The translations under genes were made by a program, and so were the position numbers. DNA of 63,995 nt, counting the filler, from Porpidia crustulata (Eukaryota): assembly GCA_964255105.1 (NCBI GenBank). It is 3 parts of 3 records of this genome, joined end to end, with 100 filler letters (N's around TTAATTAATTAA, not from the genome) between each part and the next. Parts side by side here need not be neighbours in the genome. Positions count along the whole stretch, not along the records: positions 21,850 to 43,582 come from CAXUWE010000098.1; positions 43,683 to 63,995 come from CAXUWE010000118.1; 1 more part is not named here. One strand, 5' to 3'. The notes below the pieces were generated by a model. That model was not told the DNA's origin. It ran no database searches and saw nothing but the letters and a program-made list of their open reading frames with translations. Position 1 is the first letter of the stretch, and every line of letters begins with the position of its first letter. Positions 35,038 to 48,628 of the stretch are shown in pieces.

Positions 35038-36439
35038 CGAAGATTGATTCGGGCGTTTGGGAGACGGATTTTCTATCGTCTTGCATGTGGGCATTTGAAG
35101 GTGAAGTGGGTTATCCGCAAGCAGAGGCCTTTGGTGCGCTTACCACATAATGCGTCATTTTACGTTGAACGTATCAATATGAGCAATGACATTGTTCCAA
35201 GATCACGTTCGCTGTTGGTGTGTTGATGACAACACTGACTGTGCTACAATTTTGGATGGCAAGAATCTTAATCTTTCAATTTCGTACAGGCTACCAAGCA
35301 ATGCGGTTCAATATCTAAGATTGTGGGCAATTGCGAAACTCATATACAGGGCGATGAGGTGATCTAGTGAGAGCGCACGGTAACTCGGGCTCACCAACAG
35401 CGAAGGTCCATTGCGAGGTTCGCCATCGATTGGCCGGGCTGGCGTTTCCGCCGTTACAATAATGATACCGACTACAGATCACCATCATTTCATGATCCGT
35501 GATCACATGCATAGCTGTATGTACTTGAATACCGACTGTTACCAATCAGTCCATGTACTCCATTTTACCATTAAGATAGCGTCAGTCGCGGAAACCGATC
35601 AAGGTCATCAAACCAAGCTTTTTCAGATATCCGAGTCAAACACGTCCAGCACTAATACATCCGTATGATCTTTCCTGATACAGAAGGTGGCACAGTCTCA
35701 TATATAAATATTCGAGTTGGCCGACCAATTGTACCTCGGATGCTTTGCGCAGAGCGGGAGATCGTCATCATGCAGTAAGCTGCCTCTTGACGGTCAGCCT
35801 CTCAATGTCGAACGTCCCCCGACGCTACCTTATCAGACCAAACATTGTTGTATTGAGATTTGGTGACCACCCCGACGGTCAATGCAAGGTACACAGATAT
35901 CCTGCTCATGTTCTGCTCTAACGTCCTTCCCTAATGATTTCTTTTAGCCTCTGATCCGATCATTGTTAGCTACTAGATCCCTGTAAGTCACACCTCCATG
36001 GTTCCATCCCCTTTATATAGTTGATCTGAACAAGCACCGCATCCCGCAATGAGCCGATGCGCAGCCGATACTGGTACTCCGGAAACACCTCCCTGTTGCC
36101 CCGCCTTGAAACTTCAGGGCCATCTCTCCAATCGCAGGCGAATACCTTCCAAAATGATACCTTCTCCGTCCTGGTTTACTCCAACCCATTCTTCTCGTCA
36201 GCTTGATCCTCGGCCAATCTTCCGTAGCCGAGATGGATGATCGTCATACAGCATATGCCGAGTTCGACCACTACAGCTACAGGAAAGCAACTGGAAAGTA
36301 ACACTCCTCCAGTTGTTGCAAAATGATTATAAAAAGCCGTCCTCCCCCATCCATTTCCAGGCCATCAATTCAATCATAAAACGCATTTACATCAATAGCA
36401 TTCTCAGCTGCTTGGAGATCGATTATTTCTCGAATCTTT

Positions 36440-37711
36440 ATGATGCATACCTTCACACAGTGGGCTACGGTGGCTGCCGTCTTTGGCGTTTTGGTGGCAG
36501 CGGTGCCACTGGAAAGTCGACAGGCCAAGGCCAAGACCTTCTCTTTCAAACAGCAGCCAGGAGCACAAGTTGTGAGGAACGGACCAACAGCCCTCAAAGC
36601 AGTCTACGATAAGTACCACAAGCCTTTGCCAAAGGATATTGCGGCTGCTGCCAGTAACAATGGAGAGGGGATCAACAACCCAACTGCCAGTGACACGCAA
36701 TACCTCACCCCAGTCAACATCGGCGGTCAAACTTTGAATCTTGACTTTGATACCGGTTCTTCTGATCTGTAAGTACATCGAACACTGAAACGTCGGTATT
36801 TGAAGCTATCCGGCAATGAACCTAGCTGACACTCTGAAAGCTGGGTTTTCTCTACTGAACTTAGCGCGGCTGATCAAGCTGGCCATAATCTTTATAATCC
36901 CTCGCAGTCGAGCAGCGCGAAGGCGTTGAGCGGCGAAACATGGAGTATCACTTATGGGGATGGCTCGTCTTCGTCCGGAAATGTTTACAGTGACACCGTT
37001 TCCGTAGGGACCACCAGCGTCCCCGGCCAAGCCGTCGAGCTTGCCCAAAAAGTTTCTGCGCAATTCCAAAGCGATACCGCATCTGATGGCCTGCTTGGTC
37101 TGGCCTTCAGTAGCATCAACACCGTAAAACCAAACCAGCAACTAACCTTCTTCGACAACGCAAAGAGTACCCTCGATGCACCCCTTTTTACCGCTGTACT
37201 CAAGCATCAGGCACCGGGATCATACGACTTCGGTTATATCGACAGTGCCAAGTACACTGGCTCGATTGCCTACACTCCTGTCGACAGCTCCCAGGGATTT
37301 TGGGCATTCAACGTTGACAGCTACACGGTCGGTTCAGGCTCGCCCGTATCCGCCAGCCTCAGCCCCATCGCGGACACCGGAACCACTCTCCTTCTTGTTG
37401 ATGACGCAGTCGTGACTGCCTATTACAGCGGAGTCTCAAGCGCGGCCTACGATTCAAACCAAGGCGGCTATACGTTCCCTTGTAGCAGCAGCCTCCCCGA
37501 CATTACTTTCGATGTCGGCGGTTACAGCGCGGTAGTCAGTGGTTCTCTCATCAACTTTGCTCCAACCGATGCTTCGGGAACAACTTGCTTCGGTGGTCTC
37601 CAGAGCAATGCTGGAGTTGGGCTTAGCATCTTTGGTGACATCTTCTTGAAGAGCCAATTTGTTGTATTTGACAGCAATGGACCTCAACTAGGCTTTGCGC
37701 CCCAGGCATGA
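36440..37711 (+). CDS. Secreted aspartic protease (aspergillopepsin/penicillopepsin-like, A1); intron 36769-36840
   Basis: Signal peptide and pro-region; catalytic DFDTGSSDL and IADTGTT; YGDGS flap; [15 protein letters not shown]. Confidence 0.95.
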
Positions 37712-38127
37712 TTTCATTTAACACATACATAGCTGCGGTAACGGGCATAGGCCGGAGTTTTTGATGTGCTTAACGCATGCGTCCACCTTTTTCATTTTCA
37801 ACATGTAATAATTCGACTCCACATAACATAGTATGTTTGCTTCAATTTAATTGCTAAAACATCAATACACACCTACCGTGCTATCTTATGCTCCCGTCTG
37901 TTGACGAGTCTAAAGCGCGGTATCCCGCACTATCTACTGGAACGGGCCGAGGTCTATGACGCGCAACTCAAGATGCCTGCGGAACGAGGTGCCATATGTT
38001 CTTATGGCAACTACCTTACCTTACCCACAAACCTAATCCTAACTCATCTGCGATCAAAGGGAACTTCAGCGGTTCACAACGCCTCCCATAGTCACATCCG
38101 TAAATGTTTATCTCTTGACCCATTGCC

Positions 38128-38908
38128 ATGGCAAGTTACCAAGGTACTATTCATTGCGAAATCTGGACAGCATCCACTAATGGTCTCAGTTGAGCACGGT
38201 ATCCCTGAGCATGAAGCCAACGATGCGCCTCCACACTCCCACCGCCGCCCTGACCTCTCCACGTTCTTCTCCACCTTCGAGCTCATCGATACCTCGAACA
38301 CAACGAACAGCAATGCCATCCCAACACCTGGGGACCTCTCAGCAGCCTTTAGATCATTGGCGGAGGCTTATGATATGATGCGGCAAGAGGGTGGGAGTGA
38401 GCTGCTGGATATATTGGCGGAGAGGTTGTACGAAAATGCGGAGGCGCCGCCAAGGGAAGTACAGGGTGTTAATGATGAGTTCCTCGCTGGTCAGTGGCAT
38501 GCCCATAGGAGTTGTGGCTTAGAAAACAAGAACCAAGCTACAGAGACTTTCAGCGCTGAATATAAAGCTGACAAGAAGACACCTCCCAGAACTCGAACGT
38601 GTCCCAAAGAAATCTATCAAACCTACGGACAGCTGTCCAATCTGCAGCAACCCTTTTCTAGAAGGTAAATCGTCCTTGCCCACCCTGCTCGAATCAGCTT
38701 CTGATACGATTCTCTAGACGAATACCCCCTAGTCGTCCGTCTCCCATGCCACAAGTCCCATATCTTCGATCTTGAATGTATAACGCCTTGGTTAAAGCTG
38801 CACGATACTTGCCCTTTGGATCGAAAGGACCTGGCGAAGAAAAAGGACCCCCCCAAGCCTCCTAATGAGGAGGAAGAGGAAGAGGAGTGGGAAGACATGT
38901 ACGCCTGA
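38128..38908 (+). CDS. RING-H2 zinc finger protein (putative E3 ligase), multi-exon
   Basis: Spliced CPIC...LPCHKSHIFDLECITPW...TCPLDR, an acidic tail ending EDMYA*, and N-terminal RRPDLSTFF. Confidence 0.8.
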
Positions 38909-40035
38909 CGCGTCAGTAAATCTGTTCCTGCGAGATGAGCGAACATTTATTGATACTAAGGTGTCTTTATCTTTGTTTTGGGGGATCGTTGACAGTATGG
39001 CAGTGAGCATATATTAAACTAATACTCTTCGTTATTGGATTAAAAATTCGGGATCTACGCCCCTACAATTGACTTGTTTCTTCGCTCTTCCAGGATTTCC
39101 ACTCCTCCCACTTTCAATCACACTGCCTACTCTATCCGCTTCCTATTCACAAGTCCTCACCTTTGTCCCTTCCACGGACACCAGCAAGGTTTCTACAACG
39201 TTTTTTACGCTTACCACCACTGCCAGCTTCTAAAATAGCATCTAATCTGCAGAGTGGAACGAAAGTCAGGGATCGAGCCAAATCCCAATGAATCGAAAGA
39301 CCCCTTTCCCCTGTCTCAAATCGATCCTCTCATTGTCCATTCCCCCCTTCATTCACCACAAAATCTCATTCACCTAGATCCTGCCGCTCTGCCTCCTTAG
39401 ACAACGTCATGCAGGTCCCCATTGCCTATGCTTTTCACGACTTTAATCTAGCAGCAGTCCTGACGGGAGTGAAGTCTGCTTTCACGTGAGACGTTGACGT
39501 TTCACAAAACCATAGTCATTGTTCACTCTTGACTCTCGCAGTTTCTATTGTTCTTTTTGTCTCGCCTTGCTGTGTTTTAGCGTTTGGTTGGATAGGAATA
39601 CTTCAATGCAAAGATCAAAACATTCAATATGAATACTGCAGCAGTTTTGCGGTTGTTCAAAACTCCTACTTGGCTGCAATGCCCGTACACGGTCTATTGT
39701 TCACTTTCGTTTCATCATGATGCCTATTCATCCACGCCACAGAGTCACGTCGTGCGTGGGTCTTGCCTTCACAACACCTTCATATTCGCTAGTGGGGCTG
39801 CCTGATATTGGTGTTATAGTCATACTGTGTTGAATTGGAAAACTTATTTGTTTTGGTATTTCCCTCTGAAGTAGCCCCTCAACTTGATTAGCTGTCATTC
39901 AATACTTTCTATTTTCAACGTTGGTTTAACAGAAAAAGTATCATACCCACGCTTGCTGTACGGCCTTGGCGTATCTTATTCGATACTGTGAGTTCCTCTT
40001 CTACTTTTCGCGTCCTACGGGAGATAAAGCCTGTC

Positions 40036-40938
40036 ATGGCTACCCAAAGTCATACAAGCTTCATGGAAATCAAAATCCACACAGCAAAATGCGATAGCTG
40101 CAATAAACACAACACCTCTACCATGTTCCGGTGTCGGGACTGCGGGCAGCAATGCTGCACTCCATGCTGGCAGCGGAAAGGTGGGGATGGCACTCACGTG
40201 TTGAACGCGGGAGACAAAGGGTGGACTGGAGAGAGAGCGCAAATTGCGGCGGTGCCGAAGCGAAAGCGGGTGCCACGGAAATCAAATGTGGATATGGTTA
40301 CTAAGATCCAGACCAAAAAACAAAGCAAGAAGCGGATAATGCTTGATGAAGAAGATGAGGACGGAAAGATGGCGGACGCGTTAGCTGAGGAAATCGAGGA
40401 GGGCGAAGTGGTAGAGGCACCTCCGAAAAAAATTACCAAACGTATCAAGAAATCAGACATCTCAGACAAAAGAGTAGCCTCCACAGCACCCATAGTCCTA
40501 GAGCGTCAAGCGAGCCCACCTGCCGCGTCACCCAAATTCGAGCCCGAAATTCAAGCCGCAGGCGACAGACTACTCCTCCGCGCTCTAGGCGTCCAGCCTA
40601 CCGACAAAGACACCGCTAATCTCGCCATGCTTATCAGAGCAGTCGACGCAATCGAGAGGCCAAGTTCAGGCTCGACCGGGTTACTCAACACAGAAAACAA
40701 AGCGGTGTCGACGCGCGATGCAGAGCCCCAAAGTCCGCTGTTTCTTTCGGAAGATGATCGTGGACTGGAGCCGTCGGAAGCGGTTCGTGCCAAAGAGCGG
40801 AGAGAGCGAGTGGTCTTAGAGCCTCGATCAGTTAGGAAGGGTGTGTCCCGGCTGGCTCATGATGACTTGGACAGAGGTCGCAAGGATAATGTAGGAAACC
40901 ATGAGAGAGGGCACCAACCGGAAGAAGTCGTGAGCTAG
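40036..40938 (+). CDS. Hypothetical protein with an N-terminal Cys/His zinc-binding (B-box-like) motif and a charged, disordered remainder
   Basis: CDSC..CRDC...CTPCW......H within a ~300-aa ORF; basic NLS-like stretches. Confidence 0.6.
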   Translation: MATQSHTSFMEIKIHTAKCDSCNKHNTSTMFRCRDCGQQCCTPCWQRKGGDGTHVLNAGDKGWTGERAQIAAVPKRKRVPRKSNVDMVTKIQTKKQSKKRIMLDEEDEDGKMADALAEEIEEGEVVEAPPKKITKRIKKSDISDKRVASTAPIVLERQASPPAASPKFEPEIQAAGDRLLLRALGVQPTDKDTANLAMLIRAVDAIERPSSGSTGLLNTENKAVSTRDAEPQSPLFLSEDDRGLEPSEAVRAKERRERVVLEPRSVRKGVSRLAHDDLDRGRKDNVGNHERGHQPEEVVS

Positions 40939-41626
40939 GAGCAATACAAATGAGGGATATGCGCACGGGGATTTTAGCATATGGTCGTTTACGAACGGGA
41001 GTAAGCAAGATGTAAGAAAAGTCCTAGGAGGTGTTTGGTGTCCTTTTTCAGTCATGATACCTAGTGAGATGGATTTCCGAAGCCAGCATGCGTGTACAAA
41101 GTTTTGATCTATTACACGTTTCAAATGGTTCATTTATGACATGAGGGAGTACTCGGCGCCGTCGTGCCTGTCCACAGTGGGCCTCCAGTGAGAGCATCCA
41201 CAGCGATTTTCTTGTTGATAACTCCTTTGAGTGGTTAGAATGAATACTTCTTCAATTCTGCGAAATGTTCGGTCCAGGCTGCAGGAACTTGATATGATGG
41301 CAGCAAATGCAACCGTCGAGGCCGTTATATTATAGACATTGGTAAAACACTATCGAATATCAATCATTCCTACAGTTCTTGGTCTTGGGTGGTGATCGAA
41401 TCCTCTTTTTCACTTAGGGCACGTTTATTTAGGCGTCCTAAGCGAGACGCAGGGGAGCAATCGGAGTAATCTTAGTGGGGAAGCTTAACTAGCTCTCCTC
41501 ACCTGTCACGCCTGTCAACTTCAAATAATCCATGAGCTGACACCTGTTCAAATCATTTCTCCGACCCAATTCATATGCACTTTGGAGATTTTGAAGACTA
41601 GTGCTATTTCTCAAGTCATCACCGAT

Positions 41627-43101
41627 ATGCTCAACGTACCAATGCGCAACGGGAAGACCTCCACTGCCTCGACCAAGGCTGTCATCCTTGTAAGCTTTAC
41701 TCTAGATTGTCAAAAGCGAAAGCTCACTGTTTTACCTAGGTTGGTGGACCTTCGAGAGGGACTAGGTTCAGACCTTTGTCATTAGACGTTCCTAAGGTCA
41801 GAACCATTGTCAAACTGAACTAAGGATGTTCTCTTATCCAATTACAGCCCCTCTTTGATGTCGCTGGTCATCCAATTATCTGGCATTGCCTGCGAGCGGT
41901 AGCTAAGGTCCCTGGAATTAAAGAAGTCATCCTAGTTGGCTACTATGACGAGTCTGTTTTTCGAGACTTCATCAAAGATTCAGCTAGAGAACTACCACAA
42001 ATTCGCATACAATACCTTCGAGAATACCAAGCATTAGGTACTGCTGGTGGACTGTACCACTTCCGTGATGCTATCCTCAAGGGTGGCCCAGAGCGCTTTT
42101 TTGTACTCAACGCTGATGTGTGCTGTTCATTCCCTCTCAATGAGATGCTGAAGGTATTTGAGGAAAAAGATGCCGAGGCGGTCATCCTAGGAACAAGGGT
42201 GAGCAACGATGCGGCGAGTAACTTCGGCTGCATTGTCTCGGATGCCCATTCGAAGCGTGTTCTACATTACGTCGAGAAGCCGGAGTCACACATTTCGAAC
42301 CTGATTAACTGCGGCGTCTATCTATTCTCGACCGAAACTATCTTCCCATCCATCAAATCTGCGATCAAGCGTCGTTCGGACCGTCCCCGTCTCGTCTCAT
42401 ATCCCTCTTCCGAGAACCTAGATTCCTCTTTTTTTGCTGAGAAGCTGGAAGACGGAGAGAAAAATGAGGTGCTTCGCTTGGAGCAGGACATCCTCTCCGA
42501 TCTGGCTGACAGCAAGCAATTCTTCGTCCATGAAACCAAAGACTTCTGGCGTCAGATCAAGACAGCCGGCTCGGCTATACCAGCGAACGCGTTGTATCTG
42601 CAGAAAGCCTTCCAGTCGCAATCCGAGGAGCTCGCTAAGCCATCAGCCAATATTCTACCTCCTGTCTTTATTCATCCCACAGCCGAAGTCGATCCGAGCG
42701 CCAAGCTTGGGCCGAATGTCTCCATCGGTCCTCGTGTTGTGATAGGCGCTGGTGTTCGAATCAAAGAATCTATCGTGCTGGAAGATGCGGAAATCAGGCA
42801 CGATGCTTGTGTCCTCTACTCGATCGTTGGCTGGAATAGCCGCGTGGGAGCCTGGGCAAGAGTCGAGGGTACTCCTACCCCTGTCGGAAGCCATACGACG
42901 AGTATTGTGAAAAATGGTGTCAAGGTGCAGAGTATCACCATCTTGGGTAAGGACTGCGGAGTGGGTGATGAGGTTCGCGTGCAGAATTGCGTTTGCTTGC
43001 CTAACAAGGAGCTGAAGCGGGCATGTTTTCCCTCCACCCCAATTAGTAAACGTATACATACTGACCATGACTAGGATGTGGCGAACGAAGTCATCATGTA
43101 A
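41627..43101 (+). CDS. Mannose-1-phosphate guanylyltransferase, GMPPA/alpha-type, multi-exon; last intron GC-AG (43021-43074)
   Basis: [27 protein letters not shown] (spliced), LGTAGGLYHFRD, YVEKP, hexapeptide repeats and C-terminal KELKRDVANEVIM. Confidence 0.93.
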
Positions 43102-43582
43102 CCGAGGATGAAAAGCATGTTTTGCGGTGGAACGATTCAAGCTTTTAGCGAGTTCTTATTTGACTATTCCAGCAAGTTGCATGATAGCTACGGTTTGTTG
43201 TTGAGAGGAATTTAAAAATAGCGAGCTAGGATAGACAGGAAGACGGAATTGCTCAGAGCATCAAAAACGATCCAACGGTTCAATGCGCCTTTCAATTCGC
43301 TCCATGAGCAGCTGACAGTACGCTTCATAGAATATTCTATGGCCGGATCTTCACGAGTAGAGCTCCTACCGCCGATTGTGAGGGCGCAGAACAAGAAATA
43401 ATTGTAATTGATTCGAATTGATCCGGCTACGGCTCCCATTTTGTTTTGTTTTTTGAGCACATATCTTGACCTCAGCTCGAGTCGAGTAGATACTCTGGTT
43501 CCCTTTTCCGAGCTTCAAAAAGATTTCCTCTCATCGTAGCTAGAGTCGATGATACGCGTGGTTACAAGCATTGCAACAGAAC

Positions 43583-43682
43583 NNNNNNNNNNNNNNNNNN
43601 NNNNNNNNNNNNNNNNNNNNNNNNNNTTAATTAATTAANNNNNNNNNNNNNNNNNNNNNNNNNNNNNNNNNNNNNNNNNNNN
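43583..43682. other. Assembly gap: N44-TTAATTAATTAA-N44 artificial spacer
   Basis: Same structure as 21750-21849. Confidence 0.97.
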
Positions 43683-46600
43683 TGTTTGAACCCATGACTG
43701 CCGCGCCGACGCCGTTCCTGTTCTGCTGGTTCGACTGCTGTGACCGCATCATCTGCGCGTACTGCTGAGGGTTGAGCATCGGGCTGTTGCCGTTCATCAT
43801 CGCTTGCTGCTGGTGCTGTTGGTTTTGCGCGGACGAAGGTACGGTAAGGGCGATAGTGGCGTTCGCGACGGCGGCGGCGGCGTTGGATCCGCCCGCGGCA
43901 GCTTGCATGGCGGCAGCTTGGACGTGGGACATGCGGTATTGATTTAGGGAGTCGGTGGTCATTTTTGTGATTTGCTCGGGGCTGGCCTGCGGGTGGCGGG
44001 CTTTGAATTGGTTGGAGATGTGGTTGACGGCGGGGACCATGCCGGAAGAAAGTGGCTGCGGTTGCGTGGAAGGATTGCTCATGCGAGGGGACGAGGCGGA
44101 GCCAGATGGTGGGGGAGGAACGCCGTTAGAGGAACCAGATCGGCCGCCTTGCAGGGATGTGAGGACGGCGGGGTTGGAACCCATGATGTTGGGGTTGCCC
44201 ATGTTGGGAGAGGCGGAACTACCAATCTGTGTGGATTGGGGGTGATGCTGTTGGCGTTGTTGTTGGAGGTAGCGCTGCTGCTCTTGTTGGACACGATTAG
44301 CTTCTTGGTAGACGCGCATGTTGTCGGAGCTCATTTGAGGCATGCGTGCCTGCATCTGCATGTGTGGCTGCATAGGCGCATGAGGTATTCCTTGGGGGTT
44401 GGTGGATAGACTGCCATTAGGAGTAGTGCCATTGATAAGTCTCGGTATTGGCGCATTTCTGGGTTGATTAATAGGCCCGCCGGATGTGTGACCGTTCGCC
44501 ACAGCAGAATGGGTGAGGGGACTGGTACCATTCGCTGGCCCTGAGGTCGGATTGCGTCCGTGCTGCATCATGTTGGGTCCGCCAAGCTGACCGGCCTGTT
44601 GGCTGGCCTTCTGAGCGAGGGCAGCCTTCGAAATGTAAGCACGGTGATTGAACGAATGGCAGAATGAGAAGATAGATGTGAGACTTATCCGGAGAGGGGG
44701 AAGCTACCTTTTGATGCTGAAGAATCTGCGCCCGGTACGCTTTAGCAGTCTCCTGCATTTTACACTCGCGCTCGTATTTCAAGCGGCTAAATTCTTGTGG
44801 CGTATGCATAGTAGGGCGTGCTTGTATGGCTTCGTTTGCTTTCCTCATGGCAGCAAGGTTAGCGACTACAGGCATAAGTTAGCACATGATGTATCAGATA
44901 TCTAAGTCTCGGGCTTAGGATAGGGGCTCGGACCATGCTGCTGCTTCTGTACTGCAGTTTCTCGCTTCTTGGCTAATTTGCGCATTGCGTCTACGAGGTG
45001 CAGGTGTTTGACGTTCTTTCTCCGATCCACAAGATAAGGTTGCGTAGTTCTCCGGCGCATGGGCATGTGGAGTGTGTTGTTGCCTTGATGTTGCTGTATT
45101 GCCTGTTGCTGAGCCTCATGCGTCCTTTGCGCCGCCTGTAATCTCGAATGATACGCTCGAAAATACCCCGTTTTTGACATTTCCGCTGGAAGTCCTTCCA
45201 AACCTACCCATCGCTCAAAGCATTCCCACGGGGTCCTTCTTTCAGCTCCGGATGAGAAGATAGATGGCGAAGATAAGCAGCTTGATATCAAAGACCAGTT
45301 ATAGGAGTACTCCCGAACGAGTTTCCGAAGCTCATCATCTTCTCCTTGAGTCCATTGCGAAGACTGACGGGACTCGAAAAAGGTTTGCAACGGCATAGGA
45401 TGCTCGGTAGGGGGTCTGAACGCGTGGCCAGCGTGTATACGATCCCGGATATGCTTATTCTCCGGGTCAAAGAGGGCAACGTCTTCTTGTTCTGGTGCGA
45501 GTATCAATGGGTTGACTGCTCTAGTCGAGTAAATTCCATCATTACGGTGTTGATTAGCATCGTCATAGTCATGGTAATCGTATCGACTCCGTTTGCGCGC
45601 TGGACCTTGTTCATGAGTAATCATCTTACCTTCTGCGAACCTTGAGATCGTTACAAGGGGTTTCTTCCACCTGAAATCGGGTGAGGAAGTATTGACCTGA
45701 AGCGCTGCATCCTGGATTTCCAGGGATGGCTGGTAAAGTGGCAATTCTTGCAGAAGTTTCCCGGTAGCAGGAGTTCTTTCCAATCCAAAAACAAACATAT
45801 CAGGAGCCAATGAAAAAATTGTGGCTGGTGCACTCCCCTGGGCAATGCTAGGACACGGAATATCGTCTTCTGTAGCATCACTAGAGTCATCTTCCGTGGA
45901 AGGCACTAAGTCAGGCGTGATTGCTAGAGATGGCCTCAATTCCATTCTGGAGGACACGGCTCGAATCGGAACCTGCATAGACCGGCGCTGTTCTGGCGAA
46001 CTTGAAACCCACACGGCACAGAAGTCCGCCAAACTCTTGGCAGCGGCAATTTTCCATTTTCTTTCCTCCCTGAAGTCCGTCCGCATCCAATTGGCGTGGC
46101 TGAGAAGCACATCCCAATGTGTGGCTGGTCTACCTGGTTCCACGGACCGCTCAACCTGTCGTAAAGACCAACGATTCGAGTATTGTAGCTGGTATATTTT
46201 GTTTAGCATTCGGCAATCCTGCTGCTCGTGAAAATCCGTAAAGCGGTTTGCTGTTGTGAGTGTCTTGTGAGCAGAAGCAATGAGGGAATGTAGGGGTTGC
46301 GAATTCGGGGCGATAGCCGCTTGCGCAGCAAATAAGGGCAAAAGGTAATCCTTTTTTTTTTGTGCAAGATCAGTCATATCAGATTGTTGAGCCTGTGTAG
46401 AGTCCGAGTACCGCGAGAGACTAGAAGGCTGCTGGCGAGCAAATACAACGGTAGAAAGCTTGCTTCTGCTTTCTTTTTCTCGCAATTCGCTCAGTCGTAC
46501 CTTAAATGCTGCAGAGTCAGGAGTAACCATTGACGATGCAGATCTGGGGGTTTGCACAGCATAGTCCTCTCTTTGAATGTCATTCATAGCTCTCTCTAGT

Positions 46601-48343
46601 GACCCTTTCTCGCCATGGTGGGTGACAGATTTTGGAGTCTCTCCAAGAATCTCTGACACCGATTTATGTCGAAGAGCTCCAGACGATACTCTTGTAGTCA
46701 TCCGTTCAGGCGGCGACTGTGCTTGTGAAGCCACCACAGGCCTGTGAGGTGTCACAGCACTTGAAGGCATATATGAATTCGCCGTATTTGGCGTCAAAAT
46801 CTTCTTACTGGGCAAGGATTTGAATTGGTCAGTAATGGGTGGGACACCTGTATCTATACGCATCGGTGGTCGTCGACTAAACGTGAGGTCCTTTGAGAGA
46901 TTGCCTGTCATTCCCGGGAATGTCTGCTCCCGCAGACCCACCGTTGGCTGTTCCACACGCCGGCTGCGGTCACTGAAAAGCTCGTTCGAAGGCCCAGCTG
47001 ATCGAAAGCCATTTCCATCGTTAGAGATCCGTACGCCAGCGATCCTGTCCCCTTCATCGCCAATCTGATCGAAGTGAGAGATTGTGTCAGCCGGATCTTG
47101 TAGGGACTGGGGTCCGAGCTCTCGGTTTCCCTTCTCTTTGATGCTTGTGCTGGGAACCGTGGCTAATTGCAAGGACTGGGCCTCCTCAAGTCGCAACTGC
47201 TCGTCAGGTGTGGAGGGGAAGCCCGGTCGTGGAGCACCCGTAGGCTGCTGCGTAGACTTTGGTGTTCCTATCCGGCTGAGGCGATCGCTCTCAGCTTGCT
47301 CTTCAATCGGTCCAGCTAAGCCTTCACTCAGTCCAAACGAGCGCGAAGTCTGGTGGCCACCTCTTTCATGCTCGACAGTCTCCGGTCCATTTACGGGAAT
47401 ACTAGTTGAGGAAACATTAGGTACGCGACTGTCTGATCTCTGTTGTTCCAAGGTGGGAGGCTCTTTTGTAGATAAAAGGATAGACTTGCTCTCATCAGGG
47501 GACGAGTTTGGCGGTTCGGGGGCTATGCTGATTATGTCGTCGTAAGGTACGTTTTGTTTGGGGAAGTCCTGAGACGAGCCGAGTAGCGAAGCTTGGAGAG
47601 TTGAGGATGTGGTATCATGGTTCACATCGATGGTACGCTGGCTCTTCTCGGCCTCCCGTGGCTTTGTCGTGGTCCATGTTATGCTCGTTTGTCCTTCGAC
47701 GGCTAACGGCTCAATTATTTGAGATTCAGCTGAGACGCAATCAGCGAGCGGCGTGGAAGACCTAGTCCTCGGCGTCAAGGACTTCGACGCTTCCAAAAGT
47801 GCAACGGCTCCCCCAGCTTCGCTACCACCCAGACCGTGCTCGGTTGACTCTCCATCCGATTTATGCGGTAGCCTCGATATAAATTCCTTGGGCCCGATAG
47901 AAGTCTGTTCAGTATTTGAAATAGTTATGGACTCGGTGGCCTTAGGTACGTCGCCAATGTAAAAGGTCGGAAGTGTCGAGGGATCGAAGAATCGACCTCT
48001 ACTTACGATTAATGATTTATAGAAGACCGGTACGGTTGTAAGTAAATATCTAGCTCACTCTGATAATTTATTTGCTTCCAGGAACGACGCCTCGCCATCA
48101 CTGTGAAGTCTTGCGCTGTTGAGATCGTGATTTTGGCTTGGTGACGCAGTCAAGGTTACTCGGATCAATTCAGTCAACAGCGACTCGTGAAGCTGAATAC
48201 ATCCCCTGGAAGTCGTCATAAAATCAACATTCGCGACTCATTTTGCTCGTAAAAAGCTCAAGAAGAAGCTGGGCGTTTTCACGACAATTTGAAACTTACA
48301 ATAGATCATCTTTCTTGTCGCTCAAGATGCTGGATCGGATCAT
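43683..48343 (-). CDS. EAF1: NuA4 scaffold subunit Eaf1/Vid21 (HSA + SANT domains, Gln-rich tail), multi-exon, 3' end runs into the gap
   Basis: HSA WSLRQ...HWDVLL..WMRTDFREERKWK; SANT WTQGEDDELRKLVREYSYNWSLIS...RRTPWECFERW; upstream exons give FLEAN..GRFFDPSTLP from the ATG at 48343. Confidence 0.9.
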
Positions 48344-48628
48344 TGGACGAATCGCAATTGCGACATTCGTAAATTCGCTAAAAAGCGATGACACTCTACT
48401 TGAAATGCATCGAACAAACGCGCAAGCTTAATTTGATGATTTTTGATCGTGGCGTTGAGATTTGCGATCGCAAACACTTCGTGACAGATAGGATGGTGAG
48501 GAGCGGCGTTGGATCCTGTAGAATACCGGGTTTTTCGCGTAGTTATATTAAGTTTCAACTCGGAATTTCACAACCAGTCAACACAAAACCTCACAATTTT
48601 TCAACGCTTTCTATGGCTAGGACGCGAA

